Below, piece after piece: positions 26,173 to 34,888 of a stretch of 48,158 nt of DNA (within the stretch, counting starts at the first letter, position 1; each line of letters opens with the position of its first letter). The notes beneath the pieces were generated by a model. That model was not told the origin of the DNA and searched no databases. It saw only the letters and a list, made by a program, of their open reading frames with translations. This DNA is from an uncultured Bacteroidales bacterium (GTDB taxonomy: Bacteria; Bacteroidota; Bacteroidia; Bacteroidales; UBA1715): NCBI GenBank assembly GCA_964558075.1, contig CAZLCY010000001.1:1-48158 (forward strand). Direction: 5' to 3'. A program made the position numbers and the translations under genes.

Positions 26173-26828
26173 TAAATATCCTCCATAACGAATGAATCAT
26201 TATTTTGATTATATGAACTTTTAATAAATTCATTAATAGATTTTGCATCAGTTTCAAATACATTCGCATTTTTCTGTACAATGGGATGAATTGCACCACC
26301 CTTATTCTTCGACTTGCGTCCTTGATCAAGATTGAAATGATACATATTATTTAATATCTCTAACGCCGCTTGATCACTTATTGAAGGCGAATATTTTTTA
26401 ATCGCCTGTATTCCCTTATAAACGGGGGATTGTTTTAAACTTCCCTGTTTAAGTTGTTTGATTTGACCATCACGCTGTTTTAACGTATTTGATATAGCAC
26501 TCGTAAGCTTCATCGACACCTGTTTAAGTGTATCTGTATTCGATCCATCATCAAGTGCAGATAGCGCATCATTCACGCCATTGAATAAATCTACGACTGT
26601 ATCCTGCTCATTTAATTCGTTTGAATCTAATAATTCTTTAACCTGATCAAGGAATACATTGGTGTTTTCAGAACCTTTGTTTTCTACTTCGGGTTCTGAA
26701 TCATTATTTGCTTCAGGCGTTTCATCAATCGTGTTTTCAATATTTGTATCTGCAAAATCATCAATTGAATATCCACCTTCACTACTTCCATCCGCTAAAG
26801 GATCAAAAGTATTTTTATCTTCAGACAT
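26172..26828 (-). CDS. acidic protein (218 aa), possible scaffold
   Basis: It has a very acidic N-terminal half and a helical C-terminal half. It lies between the portal and capsid genes. Confidence 0.4.
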   Translation of the reverse strand: MSEDKNTFDPLADGSSEGGYSIDDFADTNIENTIDETPEANNDSEPEVENKGSENTNVFLDQVKELLDSNELNEQDTVVDLFNGVNDALSALDDGSNTDTLKQVSMKLTSAISNTLKQRDGQIKQLKQGSLKQSPVYKGIQAIKKYSPSISDQAALEILNNMYHFNLDQGRKSKNKGGAIHPIVQKNANVFETDAKSINEFIKSSYNQNNDSFVMEDI

Positions 26829-26841
26829 TATTTTCCTCCTT

Positions 26842-27039
26842 TTATATTTCGAACTCTAAACTATCTCTTGCATCAGCATTTTTAACTTCCATTATATCTC
26901 TTTCGAGATTTTTAAATTCAGTATAAATACCTAAAAATTTATTGTATTCTTCCCAATTGTCGGTTCCCTGCAATACGTAACTACGGGCGACCTCCTTTCG
27001 TTCAGATATTTTTTGTAGAATAAACTCTACCAACTCCAT
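26842..27039 (-). CDS. hypothetical protein (65 aa)
   Basis: From the ORF track. It is the first ORF after the promoter at 27076-27104 and is preceded by the RBS GAGAGGAG. Confidence 0.5.
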   Translation of the reverse strand: MELVEFILQKISERKEVARSYVLQGTDNWEEYNKFLGIYTEFKNLERDIMEVKNADARDSLEFEI

Positions 27040-27075
27040 TAAAATTCTCCTCTCTTAATAAACTCTTCTAATACT

Positions 27076-27104
27076 ATTATACCATATTATATTCAATTTG
27101 TCAA
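27076..27104 (-). promoter_or_regulatory. consensus promoter (TTGACA-17-TATAAT)
   Basis: tgtcaa at 27099-27104 and attata at 27076-27081. It lies directly after the portal stop. Confidence 0.7.
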
Positions 27105-27106
27105 GT

Positions 27107-28834
27107 CTATTCTACTCTTTGTGCAGAATTTTTTGATAATTGAACGTTCTCCGGTTTTGCTTCATTTACAGCCATATCCCGTAACATTTCCTCTGGATAG
27201 TGCGGTAACATTAACGGAATTACATGTTTGCGCATTACCGCTTGATCAACAAAAGGATCTTGCGACAATAGCTGATACATTTGTACCGCCGTTTGTTGAT
27301 CGATCATTGTTTTATTAGGATTAATTTGTAAAGTGATAGAGTATTCTTTAACCATTTCCTGCGTCATTACTGGTTCCATCGCACCGACGCCCGCGGCATT
27401 ATTAGAGGCGAACATCGGCCCCGGAGAAGTAATAGACATCATCAGCAGAACATATTTTAATAAAGGAATTATGCCTATAGACACAATAATATCTAATTCA
27501 AAATCAAATTTCATTGTAGCTTGTCCATACATTTTATTGGTTTCAGATGTCGTCATACGTTCATTTTTAGCCGCTCCGCCCTGAATTAACGATGATGCTG
27601 ATGATATATCTGCCGCTTCTTTTTCAAGATATGATATTTCCTCATTTGCCTTTTGTGTTACATCAGGAACGGCTAAGGGCCGTATGCCGTCAGGATTGTT
27701 AACAATAATTTTTCTATTTCCGGCAACAATCAAATCACTTGTTTTATCTATTGCGCCTTTTTGGATCATAAATGGTGTATTTAATATCTTATTGATATTA
27801 TCGGCGCGCTGATTACGTTTGACATCAGCCTCGTTTTGTCTATCAAGTAATAATTCCCCGATTGATTTTAACCAAAATTCATCATCTACCGGAAGATTTA
27901 CTTGTATTGTAAAAAATGGATAACCAATAAAATTAGGTTGTACTTTTAAGAGATAATCGTCATCAGCAACAGTAACAATAAAATTATTGTCATAATATTC
28001 TTTAACACAAACACGACCAAATTTTTCTTCTGACCACTCACTACTTATAGAATCACGCATATCATCGCGATATTCTTCTTCATAAAATAATGATTTAAAT
28101 GTGTCTGTCAATTTATCTTTATCTAAATCAAGTTCTTCTTTACCAAACATGTGCCGATAATGATCTTTCAGAAGTCTTTCCCCTTCTTTTTTATCATAAA
28201 TACCTGCATCAGTTTTCGCCTTAATTTCATCATAACCAAGCCACATACGATGTACAATGAATTGAGCGTCATTTACGTTCGTAGCAAACGGATCAATCAT
28301 AAAATCTCTCGGATTAATCCACATGATATTAGGAACACCTGTTTGTCTGTTTGGTATTACTTTAATAATTCCACGTCCATATAAAATTGCAGACTTAATT
28401 GCTCGCGCAATAGTATATCCATAATCCGCTCCAACAAAACACTTTTGAAAAAGTAAGTTTTCTATTTTATATTGGCGAACGTTTGTATTACTATCCGTAA
28501 CTTTAATAAAATTAAGTTTGGGATTTATAATATTGATCGCCGACATGGCGACTTTAGTTTCAACATGACGTAATGTTAATGGAGTCTTTATGTTTATCTT
28601 TGGTTTTGTAATTCCTCTCGGAGTAGAAAACTCCTTTTCGCAACGATAGGCATCACGTATGTCATCCCACGTAGAATGTAATTCAGACATTTCTCCGCGA
28701 ACAAATTCAAATTTTTCTACAACTTGTGTAATAAGTTTCTGTTTTTCATCTTCATCCCAAGATTCAAAATCTATATTTAAAGAATCTTTAACCATACCTA
28801 TAATTGATTCTTCTAATTGTAAATTAAAATCCAT
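27107..28834 (-). CDS. putative portal protein (575 aa)
   Basis: Its start abuts the TerL nuclease-half stop (28834/28835). Size and position are typical for a portal. No motif-level proof. Confidence 0.6.
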   Translation of the reverse strand: MDFNLQLEESIIGMVKDSLNIDFESWDEDEKQKLITQVVEKFEFVRGEMSELHSTWDDIRDAYRCEKEFSTPRGITKPKINIKTPLTLRHVETKVAMSAINIINPKLNFIKVTDSNTNVRQYKIENLLFQKCFVGADYGYTIARAIKSAILYGRGIIKVIPNRQTGVPNIMWINPRDFMIDPFATNVNDAQFIVHRMWLGYDEIKAKTDAGIYDKKEGERLLKDHYRHMFGKEELDLDKDKLTDTFKSLFYEEEYRDDMRDSISSEWSEEKFGRVCVKEYYDNNFIVTVADDDYLLKVQPNFIGYPFFTIQVNLPVDDEFWLKSIGELLLDRQNEADVKRNQRADNINKILNTPFMIQKGAIDKTSDLIVAGNRKIIVNNPDGIRPLAVPDVTQKANEEISYLEKEAADISSASSLIQGGAAKNERMTTSETNKMYGQATMKFDFELDIIVSIGIIPLLKYVLLMMSITSPGPMFASNNAAGVGAMEPVMTQEMVKEYSITLQINPNKTMIDQQTAVQMYQLLSQDPFVDQAVMRKHVIPLMLPHYPEEMLRDMAVNEAKPENVQLSKNSAQRVE

Positions 28835-29785
28835 TTATATTACCTCCTTTTCAAAGTGTCTTACGTATCCCGTATAGGGATCAATTACAGTTTCCCAGCC
28901 GGAATTATCCTCATCCTTTGGAACGAAATGAGGAGAAGCCATTATAATATAACGTAAACAATCCATTAAATGATCATTACCGCGCGCAGGTTTATCCGTT
29001 CGAGTATTTATCTTATAGTTTTTAAATTCATAAAACGTGTTAGTAAGATGTGGTAAGAATACGATTTTAGGATACCTATCTTTATCATTTACTTTATCAC
29101 CCGCTAACCATGAACGAACTGCCTTAATTCCTGGTATTAAATCGTTAACGGCAGGCACACACGCCAATCCATGTTTCTGATACTCTATAGCTGGTGTTAT
29201 TCCGGTAAGTTCCCTCCCAAACGCCGCCGGATCAATTAATCGTAACCACGGCTTCATTGGATGATTCTTTTCTTTTTCTAAAATTAGTTCTGCATTTTGA
29301 CCAATCGTTTTATTCCTTTCATAATATTCGTCATATACAAATGCAAAATTATCTGGAGATACAGCAATCCATAATGCCGCTGTGGGTGCTTCTATTCCTA
29401 TATCCAAAGCAAAATAGCACGTCCAATTAGACGGAATATCTTCAATTGATATTCCCGAAAGAACGTGCGTATCAAAATTCCATTGCGGATAAATTGAGGA
29501 AACGGCTAAAGCCTGATCATCAATCTCATATTCCTGCGCCCATTGCGCTTTACTTAAACCTTCTTTTGCATGTTTAATCCATTTTTTACCTTCCGGCGTG
29601 TCAGGATCTTTTTTTGGATCAGCACTATAATGTACCTCCAAAACGGAGAAACGATTATTAGGATTATTCCAAAATCGTAACCCCTTTTTTGGAGAAAAAA
29701 TCTCTTTATCTTTTGTATTATTTATATGTTTTCTACTTTTCAGCCAAAGTTCTTGACCTGATTTATCATTTAATGATTGATTCAT
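28835..29785 (-). CDS. terminase large subunit, C-terminal (nuclease) part
   Basis: VLEVHYSADP is a linker motif common in TerL. CYFALDIGIEAPTAALW supplies the first RNase H-like Asp, and GNDHLMDCLRYI the C-terminal Asp. The ATPase motifs are absent and lie in the separate ORF at 30017-30745. Confidence 0.7.
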   Translation of the reverse strand: MNQSLNDKSGQELWLKSRKHINNTKDKEIFSPKKGLRFWNNPNNRFSVLEVHYSADPKKDPDTPEGKKWIKHAKEGLSKAQWAQEYEIDDQALAVSSIYPQWNFDTHVLSGISIEDIPSNWTCYFALDIGIEAPTAALWIAVSPDNFAFVYDEYYERNKTIGQNAELILEKEKNHPMKPWLRLIDPAAFGRELTGITPAIEYQKHGLACVPAVNDLIPGIKAVRSWLAGDKVNDKDRYPKIVFLPHLTNTFYEFKNYKINTRTDKPARGNDHLMDCLRYIIMASPHFVPKDEDNSGWETVIDPYTGYVRHFEKEVI

Positions 29786-30024
29786 TCATTTTTTCCTTGA
29801 TTAATCATTTCGTCCAAACAAAGATCAATCATAATTTCCTTAAGTTTATTTGAGATTTTGAAATTTACTACAACACGATAACGGGTATTTGACTCGTTGT
29901 CCCATTGTCTTATGCTGATATTCATTATGTCTAAAAAAACAAATGCTTTTCGCATCAATTTTAAAATCCAATTTAACTTTTTCTTGTCGTCAACTTTCCT
30001 ATTTAATGTAGGTAAATTATCCAT
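29782..30024 (-). CDS. 80-aa ORF inserted between the two terminase halves
   Basis: Its ATG overlaps the last codons of the TerL N-terminal half. Its TGA overlaps the ATG of the C-terminal half (ATGA). It lies in a different frame from both halves. No motif recognised. Confidence 0.45.
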   Translation of the reverse strand: MDNLPTLNRKVDDKKKLNWILKLMRKAFVFLDIMNISIRQWDNESNTRYRVVVNFKISNKLKEIMIDLCLDEMINQGKNE

Positions 30025-30745
30025 TTTTTGTTAACGGCACGTCATTCACTATATCATTCATTGGTCCCGGTTTAATGGATGACGTTATTGTTAACTTTCC
30101 ACCTCCTTCCAGAGTAGGCTTTGATCCCGTAATTGCTTCTACGAGATAATCAATAATTGCACCTTCGTCAATATAAATTGCTGTAGCGGTAAACATTCGA
30201 AGTTTATCGCCACCTTGTGCAATACCAATGCATTTAGAATTATTGTCAAAATCAATGTGTGTCATAAATTTCTCGTATTCATCTTGACGCAAAATAAATG
30301 CTGGTAATCTTTCTAATATATAATGACATTTATTCATTAATTCACGGACGTGAACTTTTTCCGACAAAGACTGCATAAAGACTTTCTTGTCTTTTTTAAA
30401 AATACATATCCACAAATGTACCGCAATCATACTCCAAGTCATCATCATTCGACGCGATTTTGGAATAGCTAATAAATTAACTTCTTCCCAAATATCAAAC
30501 ACCCATTGTAAATATTCTAATTTAGGAAACTTACGACATGAAGGTTCATGTAATTCATCCTGTGTCCATACCCACCTATATGCAAAATAATACGGATCAA
30601 TTGCACAGGCCATGTATTCGGCCTCTTGTAAATATGGTTCTTCTAATATTTTAGATTGTGGTATGTATTTAAATCTCCACGGGCGGGATTGAATCCCACA
30701 CTTCTTGTGCAGTTTTGTTTTTAATTCCTTCAACGTCAGCATCAT
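30017..30745 (-). CDS. terminase large subunit, N-terminal (ATPase) part
   Basis: LLAIPKSRRMMMTW is a lambda-gpA-like deviant P-loop starting with KS. AIYIDEGA is Walker B and LTITSS is coupling motif III. The start is uncertain: an alternative ATG at 30616 is preceded by AAGAGG. Confidence 0.65.
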   Translation of the reverse strand: MMLTLKELKTKLHKKCGIQSRPWRFKYIPQSKILEEPYLQEAEYMACAIDPYYFAYRWVWTQDELHEPSCRKFPKLEYLQWVFDIWEEVNLLAIPKSRRMMMTWSMIAVHLWICIFKKDKKVFMQSLSEKVHVRELMNKCHYILERLPAFILRQDEYEKFMTHIDFDNNSKCIGIAQGGDKLRMFTATAIYIDEGAIIDYLVEAITGSKPTLEGGGKLTITSSIKPGPMNDIVNDVPLTKNG

Positions 30746-31076
30746 TCCCTCCCGATACGTTTACATTCTTGTTATCCATACCTAACAATTTAATTAGAAT
30801 TTTAGTATGTTTAGCATCACCGCTTACGGCCTTTGCTAACGTAGTTTTAATTACTTCAGATAAGCGCCCCGAATTTCGCCTCAAGGTTTCTTCGACTACG
30901 CTTTTTAAGAAGTATGGATCGTTCTCAATTCTCTCAATATGATCGGCAGTGAGTTCTGGATATTCTTTACTTAACTGATTCACCACTTCTTTTGAACAGC
31001 CATCGAACCCCGTTGAACGGAGTTTGATGACTTTAGCTTTTATTTCTTGTTGTTCTTTGCTTGATATATAACTCAT
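30669..31076 (-). CDS. putative terminase small subunit (135 aa)
   Basis: It lies directly upstream of TerL and is the first gene after the promoter at 31083-31111. It is small and helical. Position is the only functional evidence. Confidence 0.4.
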   Translation of the reverse strand: MSYISSKEQQEIKAKVIKLRSTGFDGCSKEVVNQLSKEYPELTADHIERIENDPYFLKSVVEETLRRNSGRLSEVIKTTLAKAVSGDAKHTKILIKLLGMDNKNVNVSGGNDADVEGIKNKTAQEVWDSIPPVEI

Positions 31077-31082
31077 ACTTAT

Positions 31083-31111
31083 ATTATACCATATTTAAAG
31101 GCGTTTGTCAA
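31083..31111 (-). promoter_or_regulatory. consensus promoter (TTGACA-17-TATAAT) of the packaging/late operon
   Basis: tgtcaa at 31106-31111 and attata at 31083-31088. It overlaps the 3' end of the kinase-like gene. Confidence 0.7.
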
Positions 31112-31814
31112 GTATATCAAATATGTTTGATAACATTCGCCAAAGAACAATATCACCTTCTGCACCTTCAATTTGTTCAAAAGGCATTTGCATACATAAA
31201 TGCTTATTCTTATCCATGCATTTTTCGGAAGAGTGATTGGCCGATTCAGGATCATAATATCCATCACGTTTTTTAATTCGCATAATTCTCCGCTCATCCT
31301 TTACATTTAAAAAATAAACCTTGCCTCTATTATTATAAATCCAATCAATTTCATCCGCGTAACGAACATCAGTTACTATGTGAACAATCGGATAGTCATC
31401 TCCTTCACGATAATAACCTAATTCATGTTCATTTTCAATAGACCTTATTTTATTTTCTAATCCTTTTACAAATACATCATCACCATAAATTTCCTTTAAA
31501 CGATTACATTGCTGATATGCTTTCCTCGGTTTTTTATTTCCAGCTTCATGCATTAAATCACTTATATCCTTACATATTGATATTAAATTAAGTCTTTTTT
31601 CTACAGTAGTACAAATACCAAAAAATTCTTCGGCATAAATTGTACCAAGCGCTTGATCTTTTTTACATTCTATCGCAAATTCTTTTAAAGTATTTGCTAT
31701 AGCATATTGATTAGCCCAAACACCTGCTTCAGTTAAAACTCTATATAATCTTAACCCATAATAATTTTTACCTGCACCCTGCTTCCCGCTTAATCCTATA
31801 ATTAATGATTTCAT
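31095..31814 (-). CDS. P-loop kinase, dNMP kinase-like
   Basis: GLSGKQGAGKN is the P-loop at the N-terminus. VTDVRYADEIDW and NHSSE resemble phage deoxynucleotide monophosphate kinases. Confidence 0.55.
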   Translation of the reverse strand: MKSLIIGLSGKQGAGKNYYGLRLYRVLTEAGVWANQYAIANTLKEFAIECKKDQALGTIYAEEFFGICTTVEKRLNLISICKDISDLMHEAGNKKPRKAYQQCNRLKEIYGDDVFVKGLENKIRSIENEHELGYYREGDDYPIVHIVTDVRYADEIDWIYNNRGKVYFLNVKDERRIMRIKKRDGYYDPESANHSSEKCMDKNKHLCMQMPFEQIEGAEGDIVLWRMLSNIFDILDKRL

Positions 31815-34199
31815 TTAACTATGCCACCTTTCTCCGATTTCACAATCGACAGTAAATTTTATTGGCGACCATTCGGGTTTGGCCTCCATAATATTCTCAA
31901 TTGTTTCTTTAACTATTTTTTCACCATTGAATGATACAACTACGCAATCATGAACTGTGCCTATTATATCAGCACCCATTGTTGGCAATAACGGTATTAA
32001 TTTAATTAAACATTTTAACATTATATCCGATGCTGTAGATTGAATTAAAAAGTTAACTGCCTGTCTATGAACTTCGGCACGATTCCAACGATTAATCACG
32101 GGGAAATGTCTTCTTCTGCCATAAGGCGTTTCAACATATCCATGCTTATCAACAAACTCACGAACTTCGCGCTTCCAATCGTCAATCATGCCAAAATATT
32201 TTGCTCTAAATTCAATAGCTTCACGCATTGTCATTTCCATTAAACGAGCAAGCTCTTCATTACTACCATCATAACAGCATAAAAAATTAACACCTTTAGC
32301 ATCACGCCTAACAGCGTTTGGTTTATGTTCTTGCATACGCACTAATGTAATATTATGCATATCTTTTCCAGCCTTAATTTCATCAATCGTTTCTTTTGCG
32401 CCAGCCTTAACTACGATAACTTTAAATTCAAGCTGGGAGTAATCCCACTCGCCAATTTTAGAATGATTATCATACGGAATGAATAACATTCTTAATGATT
32501 TAGGAATGTTCTGAAAATTAGGGCGTGCCGAAGACAGTCGCCCCGATACAGTCCCGTGCACATTAAACGTTGGATGAATTAAATCATCCGACCATAATAA
32601 TGTTTTATAGTCTTCAATACCCGTATAAGGACGAACATACGTTGAAACTAATTTATGCAACTTTTTATATTGCAATAGTTTAGTAAAGAACGGATGACCC
32701 GTTTCTTTTAAAAGTTCTTCCATTGTATCAGCATCAGTTTTTTTAACTTCATGTCCACAAAAATGAGCAAATATTATTTGATTATGTACATAAGAATTTG
32801 GTTTATACTCTAATCTATCCTTCCAATACTTATAATCTTTCTTTGCTTGTTTCAAATGTTTATTCAATGCCAGAATGTTATTTTTTGCACCGGCTAATTT
32901 AGACTTCCAATGTTTTATTTGAGAGTTAAATGTACTCATCTTTTCTGCACGAATATTCTTATATTCTGAAAGAATTTGGAGTTCTTTTTCCATCTTTTTT
33001 AGCTTTCTATTTGCTGATTTAAATATATTACGAGCAAGATCCTTATCAATGTTGATACCTTTATATTCTATTTTAGTTTTCTCATTAAATAACGGAATAA
33101 GAATTTCGTAATAGAATTTAGGTAATCCTTTTTTCAAATACTTTGATGCTAATTGATACGTAACATATACGTCCATAGCCAAATACTTACGAAGTATATT
33201 AGTAGGAACAGAAGACCATCCGATACTATTAGCAATCTCTTTAACCTCTGCATCATATTGATGGAATCCTAATTCGAGTGCACCTAATCTTTTCAAACTA
33301 TAACCACCATATTGCCGATCACCTTTTTTTGATGCCGATAAAGTTTCATCAAGGGCATACGCCATAATCATTGTATCATGATTTATTCGTGGCCAATCAC
33401 CATATAATTTTTTTAACCACTTAATATCAAATGTGCCATTATGATAACACATCGGTGTATTTAAAAAGAACTCTTTACATTCAGGCCAATCAAGATTCTC
33501 TCGCGGAATTATCCAAGCAGTTTTGCCATCATAAATCCCTACTTCCATAATCTCTTGATTTAACCAATTTAATCCTTCAGTTTCTAAATCACAAGTGATT
33601 AATCCGCTCGTATCAATCTCTTTAATTTGAGATCGTTTAGTAATAACTGCATATGGAATTTCTTTCGGCGGATTATAGTTCTTAACAATACGTTCGAGAG
33701 AACTTTTAAATAAACTATAATTTTTATCATTATGTTTGCGCAAAACAAAAGCTGGATGAGGACATACAAGAACATCACATTCTGCAATATCCGACCAATA
33801 AATCTGTCCGCTGTTTACAATAACGCCTTTTTTAACGTTAGGCAATAGGTATTCAAATGCTTTTGAACCGAGTGCAATAATTAGTTCCTTGTTCTTGCAT
33901 TCATTTAGTTCATCAAGCAAATACTCATTTGCACAATCACGCACTGCTGATAAATTAGGGGCACGTACAAAACATTTGAGTGCATTAGTTGTATAAAAAT
34001 CATTGCGATTCAGACCTAATTCTTTTAGCACTCTAAATAATAAATTACCACTACGCCCGGAAAAAGGACGCTTAGTCCCTACATCCGTTTTACCGGGTGC
34101 TTCACCTACAATAATGTATTTAGCATCTTTATTTCCGTATCCATTAACATATAATCCTCTTGCGTATTTATATGGACATTTTTTACATGTTTCATTCAT
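31815..34199 (-). CDS. family A DNA polymerase with N-terminal family-4 UDG-like domain and 3'-5' exonuclease
   Basis: The UDG-like domain has CKKCPY, GEAPG...SGRSGNLL and CPHPAFVLR. The exonuclease has CDLETEGL, YHNGTFDIKWL and YLAMDVYVTYQL. The polymerase has WDYSQLEFKV (motif A), RRDAKGVNFLCCYDGS (motif B) and GTVHDCVVV (motif C). Confidence 0.9.
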   Translation of the reverse strand: MNETCKKCPYKYARGLYVNGYGNKDAKYIIVGEAPGKTDVGTKRPFSGRSGNLLFRVLKELGLNRNDFYTTNALKCFVRAPNLSAVRDCANEYLLDELNECKNKELIIALGSKAFEYLLPNVKKGVIVNSGQIYWSDIAECDVLVCPHPAFVLRKHNDKNYSLFKSSLERIVKNYNPPKEIPYAVITKRSQIKEIDTSGLITCDLETEGLNWLNQEIMEVGIYDGKTAWIIPRENLDWPECKEFFLNTPMCYHNGTFDIKWLKKLYGDWPRINHDTMIMAYALDETLSASKKGDRQYGGYSLKRLGALELGFHQYDAEVKEIANSIGWSSVPTNILRKYLAMDVYVTYQLASKYLKKGLPKFYYEILIPLFNEKTKIEYKGINIDKDLARNIFKSANRKLKKMEKELQILSEYKNIRAEKMSTFNSQIKHWKSKLAGAKNNILALNKHLKQAKKDYKYWKDRLEYKPNSYVHNQIIFAHFCGHEVKKTDADTMEELLKETGHPFFTKLLQYKKLHKLVSTYVRPYTGIEDYKTLLWSDDLIHPTFNVHGTVSGRLSSARPNFQNIPKSLRMLFIPYDNHSKIGEWDYSQLEFKVIVVKAGAKETIDEIKAGKDMHNITLVRMQEHKPNAVRRDAKGVNFLCCYDGSNEELARLMEMTMREAIEFRAKYFGMIDDWKREVREFVDKHGYVETPYGRRRHFPVINRWNRAEVHRQAVNFLIQSTASDIMLKCLIKLIPLLPTMGADIIGTVHDCVVVSFNGEKIVKETIENIMEAKPEWSPIKFTVDCEIGERWHS

Positions 34200-34887
34200 G
34201 TTTTATTGCCTCCTTAAATGAAATGCCGGGTTGACCGTCTGCCCATAACTCCATTAACATCTGATTATAATTTACAAACATCTCAAAGTCTTTACAGTAT
34301 GTATCCATTACTGCATAAGCAGATTCAGTATCTACCGTAGCACCACGTAAATGATTAAACACCATTCCCAAATTACCGCAATGATTACTAAATGGTTCTA
34401 TTAAATAAGCAACTTGAGGATAATTAGACAATAGTTGCAATTTTTCTTTTAAATCTCGTATTGAAGAAAGTTCTACTACAATCGCACGCAACGGGAACGA
34501 TTTAGATATTTTATCTAATCTTTTAATTATCTCAATAAAACTCATTCGATCTTCCGATAAACATACTAAATCAATACTCGGCTGTGCGCACGCATCTATT
34601 ACTTCATCCTTTCGTGCGCGATATACAACAGCAGTATCCGAATTTAAATACCAAAGTTCCTGCACATCTCGTAATTTAAATGTAGATGGTAGTATTATAT
34701 AATCAGGATACCAACGATTAACTACACTATTAATATTAGTTTCACCTTTATTTAGATACTTATTTGCACAATCTATCCACAATTTTTTATCTGGATCTTG
34801 AACATATCCATCTACATTATTAACCTGTAAATAATGAATCAATTGTTTATGTTGCACCTCTGGCCTTGATACATGTATTACTTTCAT
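34192..34887 (-). CDS. hypothetical replication-module protein (231 aa)
   Basis: From the ORF track. It overlaps the polymerase start by 8 nt. No motif recognised. Confidence 0.55.
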   Translation of the reverse strand: MKVIHVSRPEVQHKQLIHYLQVNNVDGYVQDPDKKLWIDCANKYLNKGETNINSVVNRWYPDYIILPSTFKLRDVQELWYLNSDTAVVYRARKDEVIDACAQPSIDLVCLSEDRMSFIEIIKRLDKISKSFPLRAIVVELSSIRDLKEKLQLLSNYPQVAYLIEPFSNHCGNLGMVFNHLRGATVDTESAYAVMDTYCKDFEMFVNYNQMLMELWADGQPGISFKEAIKHE

Positions 34888-34888
34888 A

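Noticed and set aside
8440-28877. Many plus-strand track ORFs nested inside minus-strand genes, for example 9910-10317, 12418-12819, 13743-14087, 15130-15495, 23064-23399 and 24751-25080. The minus-strand out-of-frame ORFs 9557-9811, 24756-25127 and 35608-35829 fall in the same group.
   Set aside because: They lie antisense to, or out of frame within, long well-supported genes. They lack RBSs and have serine/leucine/isoleucine-rich shadow-ORF composition.
29788-30029. Programmed -1 frameshifting at two in-frame A_AAA_AAU heptamers (30023-30029 and 29788-29794) to fuse the terminase pieces.
   Set aside because: At the first site the -1 frame reaches a stop after a few codons, while the bridging ORF is in the +1 frame. 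At the second site a -1 slip lands directly on a TGA. Frameshifting therefore cannot produce a fused TerL. Assembly indels remain possible and are listed under the split-terminase finding.
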